64,000 nt of DNA from assembly GCA_001793095.1 (NCBI GenBank), contig MGHG01000012.1, forward strand, positions 72,647-136,646, given 5' to 3'. Below, piece by piece: positions 56,452 through 64,000 of the stretch. The position numbers were made by a program, and so were the translations under genes. The notes under the pieces are model-generated. The model worked only from the letters and a program-made list of their open reading frames with translations. It was not told the DNA's origin and did no database searches. The DNA comes from Candidatus Woesebacteria bacterium RIFCSPLOWO2_01_FULL_39_23. Its GTDB lineage: Bacteria; Patescibacteriota; Microgenomatia; UBA8517. The first letter of the stretch is position 1. Every line of letters begins with the position of its first letter.

Positions 56452-57678
56452 ATTGCAATAATTCTAGACGGTAATCGAAGATGGGCGAGAGCAAGAGGCC
56501 TTCATACTCTGGAGGGTCACAGGGCTGGTTTTGAAGCTGCACGAAAAACCGCCAAGGCCGCAAGAAAAATGGGAGTTCATACTTTGACGGTTTGGGGTTT
56601 TTCAACCGAAAATTGGGACAGATCTAAGAAAGAAATTGATTATTTAATGACACTTTATTGGAAATTTGTAAAAGAAGTCAGGTCTGACGCAAAAAAAGAG
56701 GGCGTAAGATTTATTCATTTAGGTAGAAAAGATCGCTTTCCTGGAGATTTGGTTAATTTTATGAGTCAGGTTGAAGAAGAAACAAAAAATAATACAAGAC
56801 ACGTATTTAATGCGGCACTCGATTATGGAGGACACGATGAGATCCTCAGAGCAGTAAAGAAAATCGTTGATGGAAAAATTCCTTCAGGAAGAATCAATGA
56901 AGAGTTATTTGCCTCTTATTTAGACACACATGATCAACCGTATCCCTACGTTGATTTACTTATTCGTACATCTGGTGAACAAAGAACGAGCGGTCTTCTG
57001 CCTTGGCAGATGGCTTATTCAGAATATTATTGGGAACTGGATCATTTACCGGATTTTACTCAGGAAAAGCTAAGAAAGATATTAATTGATTATAGTAGGA
57101 GAAGAAGAAGATTTGGTGGGAATGATGTTGTTGAGCATTTAAAATTTACACCTGAGCTCACAGCTAAACTTGAACTTAATTGGTGGAGACTGCGAAAAAT
57201 TCCAGAAGGGGTGAAGTTTAGGGACTATGCGATTATGCACCTTAAGGAACAGTTTGGACTTTCTAAGGAATTGGCCAAAGAAGCTGCAAAATATATGATT
57301 GAAGCTGTTGTTGACGGTGAAAATAAAAAATGGGATAAATCGGTGGTTTCGATGAAGAAGTTCTACCGCTTAATAAAAAGTGAAATTAAACTTGCATTTG
57401 AACCGTCCTTAGCGGCCTCGCTGGAAGTAAAACTAATGAAAGATGTTGATGATAAGGATTCCATTGGAGAAGCTACTGAAGTTGAAGACACAGCTCGAGA
57501 ACTATATGCCGAGGTTTACAGAATTTCACTATTTCAAGCTGCTAAAGCAGCACACTTAAGGGTTTTAGCAGCTGTCGAGCGGAATTTAGCCGAGAGAGGC
57601 TACGGGGATGAACATTGGGACAAAGCCGAAGATTATCTCCAAAAATTCTACAGTGCTTTGAAAGAACGCGTAGCGTAA
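56398..57678 (+). CDS. uppS: Undecaprenyl-diphosphate synthase (cis-prenyltransferase) fused to a ~180-aa C-terminal helical domain of unknown function
   Basis: HIAIILDGNRRWA ... RRFGG covers residues 1-247; then an extension with KLELNWWRLRK ... HLKEQFGLSKELAKEAAKYMIEA. Confidence 0.8.
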   Translation: MPSKDEIILPKGTILPNHIAIILDGNRRWARARGLHTLEGHRAGFEAARKTAKAARKMGVHTLTVWGFSTENWDRSKKEIDYLMTLYWKFVKEVRSDAKKEGVRFIHLGRKDRFPGDLVNFMSQVEEETKNNTRHVFNAALDYGGHDEILRAVKKIVDGKIPSGRINEELFASYLDTHDQPYPYVDLLIRTSGEQRTSGLLPWQMAYSEYYWELDHLPDFTQEKLRKILIDYSRRRRRFGGNDVVEHLKFTPELTAKLELNWWRLRKIPEGVKFRDYAIMHLKEQFGLSKELAKEAAKYMIEAVVDGENKKWDKSVVSMKKFYRLIKSEIKLAFEPSLAASLEVKLMKDVDDKDSIGEATEVEDTARELYAEVYRISLFQAAKAAHLRVLAAVERNLAERGYGDEHWDKAEDYLQKFYSALKERVA

Positions 57679-57841
57679 TTGAAAAGCAATGCTAAGGTTT
57701 CCTTATTCGGCTCTGAAGGAAAGAGTTGCCTAAGGAGACGAAGCTTCGCTTACCGAGTCAAACTCGGCCAAGCTAATGCTTACAGTGCTCTCAAAGAAAG
57801 AGTTGCTTGAGAGCAATGCCAAGCTATGCTTATACAGCGAC

Positions 57842-58564
57842 TTAAGGAAAGAAAAGAAGTTTTACTCCAAGTAAAAAGAGGAATAGTGCGATTAGATTTC
57901 TGAATGTCTTTTGGGGAATTTTTCCAACCAACTTTTTAGCGATTTCAGCTCCCAGAAATGATGCTGGAATAAAAAGAAACAGCCCGAAGAAAAGAAGTTG
58001 TGGTATTTTTGTCCCTGAAATAAGATAGATAGATATTCTGGATGCGTCAATTAAAGCTCCTAGTACACCTGATGTAAAAATATAAGTTGATTTTGGTATA
58101 TTAAATGCGGTTAAAACAACAGCTCTTAGCGCTCCGCCCCCGACGCCGGTTAATCCTCCAAGCAGTCCTGATAAACCTCCTCCGACTCCGGCAACTTTTG
58201 GATTAGGTTCAATTCTGAAGTTAGGTTTTATTAATAGATACAATACGTAAGTTATTAATATTACCCCGACGATTTGTGAAGCAATAATTTCGGGAATGTT
58301 AACTACCAACGCCGCTCCGACTCCCGCTCCTATCATACCGGGAATGCCAAAATAAATGAGAATCTTTTTATCAATACCGTGTTTGAATAGAAGTATTTTC
58401 CAAAGATCACCAAACCAGTGAATTACACCGACCAAAAGAAGAGTCTCGGGAAGTGGTAGGAAAAGAAGAACTATCGGAACCATAATTGTTGATATTCCGA
58501 ATCCGCTTACCGTCCCGATAATTGAAGCAACAAGTGTTAAAAGTGAAATTGCTAAAATAGTCAT
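57842..58564 (-). CDS. TauE/SafE (DUF81) family membrane permease
   Basis: Gly-rich TM repeats GVGGGLSGLLGGLTGVGGG. Confidence 0.75.
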   Translation of the reverse strand: MTILAISLLTLVASIIGTVSGFGISTIMVPIVLLFLPLPETLLLVGVIHWFGDLWKILLFKHGIDKKILIYFGIPGMIGAGVGAALVVNIPEIIASQIVGVILITYVLYLLIKPNFRIEPNPKVAGVGGGLSGLLGGLTGVGGGALRAVVLTAFNIPKSTYIFTSGVLGALIDASRISIYLISGTKIPQLLFFGLFLFIPASFLGAEIAKKLVGKIPQKTFRNLIALFLFLLGVKLLFFP

Positions 58565-58565
58565 G

Positions 58566-58895
58566 TTAACCCGTTAGTCTGAATGAGGCAAAGATTATAA
58601 GTATAAGAAAGACAAAATTGACTATTATCAGATATCTGGCCGGTTTTAAAGCACTCTTAAAATAAGATATTAGACTTGTGATAAGCCCAAGTAGTGGAAG
58701 TCCCAGAAAAGTTAAAAATTGGTATTTAGGCGGAAGACTTAAAATATATTTTCCTATGATGTTCACCCAGGTGTAAGAAAGAACCGCCGATATCCAGAAG
58801 TAAATAGAAGGAAGTGTAAAGATAATTCCCAATAATAGTAATTTGTTGTTCTTGTATTTTTTCACCCAATTTTTGACAAGTGTTTTGCCGGACAT
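58566..58895 (-). CDS. small membrane protein, translationally coupled upstream of the TauE gene
   Basis: 3 predicted TM helices. Confidence 0.35.
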   Translation of the reverse strand: MSGKTLVKNWVKKYKNNKLLLLGIIFTLPSIYFWISAVLSYTWVNIIGKYILSLPPKYQFLTFLGLPLLGLITSLISYFKSALKPARYLIIVNFVFLILIIFASFRLTG

Positions 58896-59000
58896 ACAAC
58901 TTAAGTTTACTACGATTTCAAGAATACAGTCGAGTCGAACTCGACGGTTTCTTGAAACGCTGCTATGATACTATTTAGGTATAATTGATAACAAGTACGT

Positions 59001-59729
59001 ATGGAAGAAAATATTCTCAAAGTAACAAATCTAAACGTTACATTAAATACTCATAAAATTCTCGAAAATATCTCTTTTGAGGTTAAAAGAGATGATACTC
59101 TGGCAATTATCGGTCCGAACGGTGCAGGAAAAACAGTGCTTTTTAAAGCGCTTTTGGGTTTATTGCCCTATGATGGTCAAGTTGAGTGGGCAAAAGATGT
59201 AAAGATAGGTTACGTTCCTCAAAGGTTGAATATTGAAAAAGACGTTCCCCTGACTGTCGAAGAATTTTTAAAATTCAAAGAAAAAGATTTGGAAATTATA
59301 GAGAGAGTTTTATTGCAGGTAGGTTTTAAAACTGAAGGCGACCACCTTATACATAGAGGTAAGCGGTTACTAAAGACAAGATTAGGAGTCCTTTCGGGAG
59401 GGGAATTTCAAAGGGTGTTAATCGCTTTTGCGCTTCTGGGTGCTCCAAATGTCTTACTTTTTGATGAACCGACGAGTGGGGTCGACGTTTCAGCTGAGGA
59501 AACTGTATATATGTTGATAGACAGGTTAAAAAAGGAAGTAGATTTGACTATTATATTTATTTCGCACGAACTCGAAGTAGTTTATAGATATGCTGAACAT
59601 GTCCTCTGTTTAAATAAAGAAAAAGTTTGCTATGGTCCGCCGCGAGAAGCCATTGATAAGGCATCTCTTGCGAAATTATACGGAGAAGATGTTCACTTTT
59701 ATAAACATGAACATCATCATGTGCATTAA
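59001..59729 (+). CDS. Metal (Zn/Mn-type) ABC transporter ATP-binding protein with His-rich C-terminus
   Basis: Walker A GPNGAGKT, signature LSGGEFQR, tail HFYKHEHHHVH. Confidence 0.8.
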   Translation: MEENILKVTNLNVTLNTHKILENISFEVKRDDTLAIIGPNGAGKTVLFKALLGLLPYDGQVEWAKDVKIGYVPQRLNIEKDVPLTVEEFLKFKEKDLEIIERVLLQVGFKTEGDHLIHRGKRLLKTRLGVLSGGEFQRVLIAFALLGAPNVLLFDEPTSGVDVSAEETVYMLIDRLKKEVDLTIIFISHELEVVYRYAEHVLCLNKEKVCYGPPREAIDKASLAKLYGEDVHFYKHEHHHVH

Positions 59730-59731
59730 TC

Positions 59732-60505
59732 ATGGGAATTAATCTTTTTTTTATATTATTTGTTGGAGTTCTTGTCGGTGCTTCTTCTGGATATCTGGGG
59801 TCGTTTATGGTTTTAAAAAGGATGTCGCTAGTCGGCGATGCTCTTAGTCATGTCGCATTGCCGGGTTTGGCAGTCGCGCTGACATTCGGTTTTAATCCTA
59901 TGTTGGGAGCTCTACTGGCTCTCATGATAGCTATTCTGGGAATTTGGTATTTGAGTGAAAAAACTGAAATTTATTCAGAAGCTCTTGTGGGAGTGTTTTT
60001 TACGGCAAGTTTGGCTTTAGGAATTTTAATAACACCTGAGCCGGAGCTTTTAGAAGCACTCTTCGGAAATTTTGAAAAAATAGGTTTCCTTGATGGTGTT
60101 GTGACAGTAATTGCTTCCGGAGTAATTTTTCTTGTGATAAAAAAGATTTCAGACAGACTCATGCTCGGAGTGGTGTCTGAGGACTTAGCCAAATCCGCCG
60201 ATATTGATATTCCTAAAATAAACCTGTTATACCTCCTGATGGTTGGTTTAGCCGTAGCAATAGGAGTTAAATTTGTCGGCACGCTATTAACCGGTGCTTT
60301 AGTTATTGTTCCGGCTGCAGCAGCAAAAAATTTGGCCAGAAGTATTAAAAGTTTTCAGACAATAGCAGTGGTTAACGGGGTAATATCGACTATAGTTGGT
60401 ATTTTGCTAGCTAAGACATTGACAATTGAATCCGGCCCGTCGGTGGTATTAGTTTCGATAATCATTTTTATAATGAGTTTGCTCTTCAAAGGAAAAAGAG
60501 TTTAG
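59732..60505 (+). CDS. Metal ABC transporter permease (ABC-3 / ZnuB-like)
   Basis: 8-TM ABC-3 pattern; coupled to the ATPase. Confidence 0.75.
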   Translation: MGINLFFILFVGVLVGASSGYLGSFMVLKRMSLVGDALSHVALPGLAVALTFGFNPMLGALLALMIAILGIWYLSEKTEIYSEALVGVFFTASLALGILITPEPELLEALFGNFEKIGFLDGVVTVIASGVIFLVIKKISDRLMLGVVSEDLAKSADIDIPKINLLYLLMVGLAVAIGVKFVGTLLTGALVIVPAAAAKNLARSIKSFQTIAVVNGVISTIVGILLAKTLTIESGPSVVLVSIIIFIMSLLFKGKRV

Positions 60506-60612
60506 TGCACCTCGGGTTTATGTATGATATATCATTACCCACCAGCCAAGCTTAGCCGCCTTGCTTTGCGGGCAGGCATGTAACATGAATAAGAATAAAT
60601 TAGAGAGATCGT

Positions 60613-61272
60613 TCAGCAGGTATGAATGTCGAAGTTTCTCAGAACTTCCGTTAGAGGTTTAACTTGTTCTTCAGTAATATCCTCCGACCTTATTTTGCAA
60701 TGATCAAAAATTTGTTTTTCGATGGCTCGTGCGCCATTGGAAAGATTTTCAAAAAAATCTTCTGTTACGCCTTTGTTTTTAATATATCTATCCTTAACTT
60801 CTGACAACCTATTTTCAAGCGTTGTTGCCTGTTCCGGTGCAATTCTTGCGTCGGAATAGAGGCAAATTTTTTGTTCATAATTATTACCTGATGCTACGAG
60901 AGACATTTTGGCAAACTCGATTGATTTAATTAGATTGAATATATTTTCCTCAACCCCGATTTCGTTCAAGATTTTATAAGTTGCAATGTAATCGTCCTTT
61001 CCGTAATTCCTTATGAATTCTTCTCTAATTTTTCTCCATTCCTTCTCGACTTCTTTATTAAAATAATTAGGATGTAATTTATAGTTCAGTTCAGCACGTT
61101 CTTTGACAATATTTCCAATATCGTGTAGTAAACATGCAGAAAATATTAACTCCTCATTTACCGATTTATTTAAATTGTTACATATCATAGATGCAACACC
61201 TGCAACCCGCAGCATGTGTTCTTGTAAATAGGGCATGATATTGTATTTTTCGTAAATTTCGGAAATTTTCAT
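60613..61272 (-). CDS. HD-domain phosphohydrolase
   Basis: H...HDIGN motif. Confidence 0.65.
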   Translation of the reverse strand: MKISEIYEKYNIMPYLQEHMLRVAGVASMICNNLNKSVNEELIFSACLLHDIGNIVKERAELNYKLHPNYFNKEVEKEWRKIREEFIRNYGKDDYIATYKILNEIGVEENIFNLIKSIEFAKMSLVASGNNYEQKICLYSDARIAPEQATTLENRLSEVKDRYIKNKGVTEDFFENLSNGARAIEKQIFDHCKIRSEDITEEQVKPLTEVLRNFDIHTC

Positions 61273-61402
61273 AAACTTAGCTTCAATTTAACCACGACGG
61301 ATGATAAGCTCCACTGACTCACGGTGTACGTTCGTCAGTATTCTTGGCGCCCAAATGTTATCTATTATGCAGAATAAGGTATTTGGTTGTAAAATACAAT
61401 GA

Positions 61403-61475
61403 CGGAGCGTGGCGTAGTTGGTAGCGCACTCGGATGGGGTCCGAGAGGTCGCCGGTTCGAGCCCGGCCGCTCCGA
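61403..61475 (+). tRNA. tRNA-Pro (anticodon GGG)
   Basis: Hand-folded cloverleaf: acceptor CGGAGCG/CGCTCCG, D-arm GCGT-AGTTGGTA-GCGC, anticodon stem CTCGG/CCGAG with loop AT-GGG-GT (U33, G37), T-arm GCCGG-TTCGAGC-CCGGC, discriminator A. CCA not encoded. Confidence 0.8.
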
Positions 61476-61544
61476 CTATAGGATTATTTAGATTAATTCA
61501 ATTTACCAATTGACTTCGTATATTCTTCGGTATTTAATGAATGT

Positions 61545-62399
61545 ATGAGTGACTTATTGGTTCATTGCTCGCATTGTGGGAAGAAGATTCTTCGAAGAAA
61601 AGGGTGGGTAAAAGAAAACATAAAGCTGAAACAAAGGAACTATTGTTCACTTAAATGTCTTGCAGAAGGTAGAAGATTGAGAGTAACTATAAGGTGTGAG
61701 AACCCTTTATGCGGGAAAAATATTGAAAGGGTGTTAACTCAATTATCCCCGCATAATTATTGTTCACATTCTTGTGCAATGATTGTAAACAATAAAAAAT
61801 TTCCAAAACGCATAGCGCTTGTAAAACAATGTAAATATTGTAGAAAAAATTTTAAAGGTGGTGCAATTAAATATTGCTCGACAAAATGCCAGTATTTAGC
61901 AGCGAAAATAAGTAAAGACAAGTTATTAAAACTTATTAGAACATTTTATAAAAAGAACGGCAGGATTCCATTTAAGAGTGAATTTTCTCATTATCATGCG
62001 ATAAGAGGAAGATTCGGAACGTGGAATCATGCGATAAAATCTGCAGGATTTGAACCCAATCCAGTTATGTTTGCCAAAAAGTTTATAGCTAACGATGGTC
62101 ATAAATGCGATTCCTTGTCTGAGAAGATAATTGATGATTGGCTTTATGCAAGGGGTGTAAAGCACGAAATTAATTTTCCTTATCCGGGGAATGGTGGATT
62201 TTCAACAGACTTCAAGGTGGGAAACTTTTGGATAGAATTTTTTGGACTTTCAGGGCAACATAAAAAATACGACGAATTGAAGTTTAAGAAAATGAACTTA
62301 GCGAAAATAAATAAACTTAAAATTGTAGAAATATATCCTAAAGACCTGTATCCAAAAAGTAAACTTAGAAATATACTCGGAATGTTGACCGGCAGATGA
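61545..62399 (+). CDS. Multi-zinc-ribbon protein with a homing-endonuclease-associated-repeat-like segment and a C-terminal Vsr/DUF559-like PD-(D/E)xK nuclease domain
   Basis: Three CxxC..CxxC ribbons; GRIPFKSEF...RGRFGTWNHAIKSAGF; C-terminus S..E..IDDWL...DFKVGNFWIEFFG...KYDELKFKKMNLAKINKLKIVEIY fits the DUF559/Vsr pattern. Confidence 0.5.
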   Translation: MSDLLVHCSHCGKKILRRKGWVKENIKLKQRNYCSLKCLAEGRRLRVTIRCENPLCGKNIERVLTQLSPHNYCSHSCAMIVNNKKFPKRIALVKQCKYCRKNFKGGAIKYCSTKCQYLAAKISKDKLLKLIRTFYKKNGRIPFKSEFSHYHAIRGRFGTWNHAIKSAGFEPNPVMFAKKFIANDGHKCDSLSEKIIDDWLYARGVKHEINFPYPGNGGFSTDFKVGNFWIEFFGLSGQHKKYDELKFKKMNLAKINKLKIVEIYPKDLYPKSKLRNILGMLTGR

Positions 62400-62498
62400 T
62401 TTAATCACTGTGGTAATATGACTCCGTCTACTGACTTAGTTCTTACTAAAGACTTCTTCAGTTGACTGTAGCTTTCAACGCATTAGAATCAGACTTAT

Positions 62499-63218
62499 AT
62501 GAACACGTTCGATGTCAAAGTCCATTATTACCAGTTGGAACTCGTAAAGCGTTTATCTTTAAATCATGCCATGCGGTTTAATGATCTGTTAATTGAAGGC
62601 TTGGAAAGTGAGCATATGAATTACCACTTAAAGAGGTTAATTGATGTTAACTATGTAGTTAAAGAGGGAAGTTTGTATAAATTAACTGATATTGGGAAAG
62701 ATTACAGTAATTTGCTGGATGAAAAAACCGATCTTGTAGAGCGGCAACCGAAGACTTCTGTTGTTTTGCATATCAAAAGAAAAAATAAAAACGGAGAAAT
62801 TGAGCATTTACTTTTGAAAAGGCTTCGGCATCCATATTTCGGAAAAGTGGGGCATTTAACGGGAAAAGTTAAATTTGGTGAAACATTTCTCGATGCTGCT
62901 AAAAGAGAGCTTTATGAGGAAACGGGACTAAGTGCTAAAACTTTTATCCTAGAAAAGATATATCGGAAGATGAGAAAAAGATCAAAAGAATTTATACAGG
63001 ATGTCGTATTCTATCAATTTCTGATAACTGGTATCAACGGTACATTGATTGGAAAAACTGAATTTCAAGAGAATTTCTGGGTGACTAAAAAAGAAGCCAA
63101 AACAAGACCCGATCTTGACTTTTTTGATGATTTTTTGATTGAAACAAGTTTAAGCGATAGTTTGAAACCGAAAAAACTGGTATTTGTTGAAAGTTTAGGA
63201 GAAGCAGAAGGTTATTAG
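62499..63218 (+). CDS. wHTH-NUDIX hydrolase
   Basis: Nudix box GKVKFGETFLDAAKRELYEETGL; N-terminal HTH-like segment. Confidence 0.65.
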   Translation: MNTFDVKVHYYQLELVKRLSLNHAMRFNDLLIEGLESEHMNYHLKRLIDVNYVVKEGSLYKLTDIGKDYSNLLDEKTDLVERQPKTSVVLHIKRKNKNGEIEHLLLKRLRHPYFGKVGHLTGKVKFGETFLDAAKRELYEETGLSAKTFILEKIYRKMRKRSKEFIQDVVFYQFLITGINGTLIGKTEFQENFWVTKKEAKTRPDLDFFDDFLIETSLSDSLKPKKLVFVESLGEAEGY

Positions 63219-63223
63219 GTTTG

Positions 63224-63257
63224 TTTTGTATTACTGTACTAGTACAGTAATACAAAA
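63224..63257. terminator. 34-bp perfect palindrome TTTTGTATTACTGTACTAGTACAGTAATACAAAA between convergent Nudix genes (probable bidirectional terminator)
   Basis: Read directly; the reverse complement is identical. Confidence 0.5.
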
Positions 63258-63315
63258 GATATTGCCGCTACCGTGTAACAGTACACTGTAACAATTTAAT
63301 TATTTATAATTAAAT

Positions 63316-63732
63316 TTAGTGAGTGTTATAAGTTGTAAAAGCTGGAATCAAGTTTTCGATAAGATTGTATTTCTTAAAATCTTTCGGATCGATCCAAACA
63401 AATTTATTATGATCTTTGCTTAAAATAACTTTGTCCGAATCGGAAAAACATTCAAAAAAAGTTCCGACAATCTGCCATTGCTCTCCTCGAACTATTGGTC
63501 TCCACTCCCCAACATAAAAAGGTTTTCCTAGCTTTACAGAAAGACCAGTCTCTTCTTTAACTTCTCTTACTAGACTCTCATCAAATCTCTGTCCGGGTTC
63601 AACTCTGCCACCTACAACATCATATTTACCTCTATTTGCACCTTCCAAATATTCAGAAGACTCTCGAATTATAAGTATCTTCCCTTTATAGTTGATAAAC
63701 GCTTTAGTGGCTACAAATATTTTTATTGACAT
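63316..63732 (-). CDS. NUDIX hydrolase
   Basis: GGRVEPGQRFDESLVREVKEETGL Nudix box. Confidence 0.75.
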   Translation of the reverse strand: MSIKIFVATKAFINYKGKILIIRESSEYLEGANRGKYDVVGGRVEPGQRFDESLVREVKEETGLSVKLGKPFYVGEWRPIVRGEQWQIVGTFFECFSDSDKVILSKDHNKFVWIDPKDFKKYNLIENLIPAFTTYNTH

Positions 63733-63755
63733 CTAGCCTGTATAATAGCATTTAT

Positions 63756-64000
63756 ATGGATTCGAAAAAATATTGGGAAGGTAAACACCTGGAATGGATA
63801 ACTAAAGATTGGATTGATAAGCCAACCATATTTGCGCAATTCGCTTTAAAATATTTTCCTAAAAAAGGGAAACTTCTTGAATTGGGTGCCGGGCAAGGAC
63901 AAGATTCGAGATTTTTTGCTAGGAAGGGATACGGTGTTACTGCAACGGATTTTTCTGATAATGCGTTACGATTGTTAGAAGAAAAAATTATTAAAGAAAA
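63756..64000 (+). CDS. Class I SAM-dependent methyltransferase (3' end outside window)
   Basis: LELGAGQGQDSRFFARKGYGVTATD motif I. TATAAT sits 10 nt upstream of the ATG. Confidence 0.6.
   Translation, partial: MDSKKYWEGKHLEWITKDWIDKPTIFAQFALKYFPKKGKLLELGAGQGQDSRFFARKGYGVTATDFSDNALRLLEEKIIKE

Noticed and set aside
57679-57841. Repeated AAAGAGTTGC / GCAATGCYAAG units and hairpins between uppS and tauE as a possible small RNA
   Set aside because: Most simply explained as convergent-terminator hairpins (GCTCTCAA..TTGAGAGC; CCGAGT..ACTCGG). There is no promoter signal.
1-64000. CRISPR arrays, rRNA genes, integrase or transposase genes
   Set aside because: No regularly spaced direct repeats, no rRNA-like sequence, and no recombinase motifs were seen on either strand.

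Overview
This window is a gene-dense, low-GC (~40% by eye) bacterial chromosome segment with Candidate Phyla Radiation / Patescibacteria hallmarks. IF-2 (483 aa) and AlaRS (~606 aa) are very short. Lys-rich tails sit on NusA, L17, L22, L4 and S12. There is no L30 gene between rpsE and rplO, and no rbfA or truB after infB. The core content, almost all on the + strand, is nusA-infB-(DHH-like)-rpsO-pnp, a Lon-like AAA+ ATPase, udg, rnj, ftsK, rodZ-like, alaS, sortase, ruvX, mltG, rpoB-rpoC, the str operon (rpsL-rpsG-fusA-tuf), rpsJ, then the S10/spc/alpha ribosomal clusters (rplC through rpsI, including secY-adk-map-infA-rpmJ-rpoA). These are followed by uppS, a TauE permease, a Zn-type ABC transporter, an HD protein, tRNA-Pro(GGG), a Zn-ribbon/Vsr-like nuclease, two Nudix genes and a methyltransferase. 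The accessory or unusual content is: (1) the 3' end of an Rhs/YD-repeat polymorphic toxin with an HExxH C-terminal domain, followed by an AbiEii-like nucleotidyltransferase cassette, all in a GC-richer first 3 kb; (2) a ~490-bp inverted-repeat-bounded insert between a small Zn-ribbon gene and mltG that carries a 'four-helix-bundle' (23S-IVS-type) gene interrupted by one in-frame TGA; (3) a family of four homologous ~75-nt structured intergenic elements (GAGGAGTTG...AGCTGAAAG-hairpin-GAAAGC...AAGGACG-ATG) inside the r-protein cluster; (4) two recurrent 5'-leader motif families and a 58-bp perfect duplication of the rpsL/rpsG leader; (5) promoter-plus-terminator (attenuator-like) leaders before rpoB, rplC and possibly tuf; (6) an insertion splitting rpsJ from rplC; (7) a UppS fused to a domain that is paralogous to the divergently transcribed neighbour, which is itself frameshifted at a T7 run, plus a relic duplicate of the rpsI 3' end. 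No CRISPR array or rRNA gene was seen.
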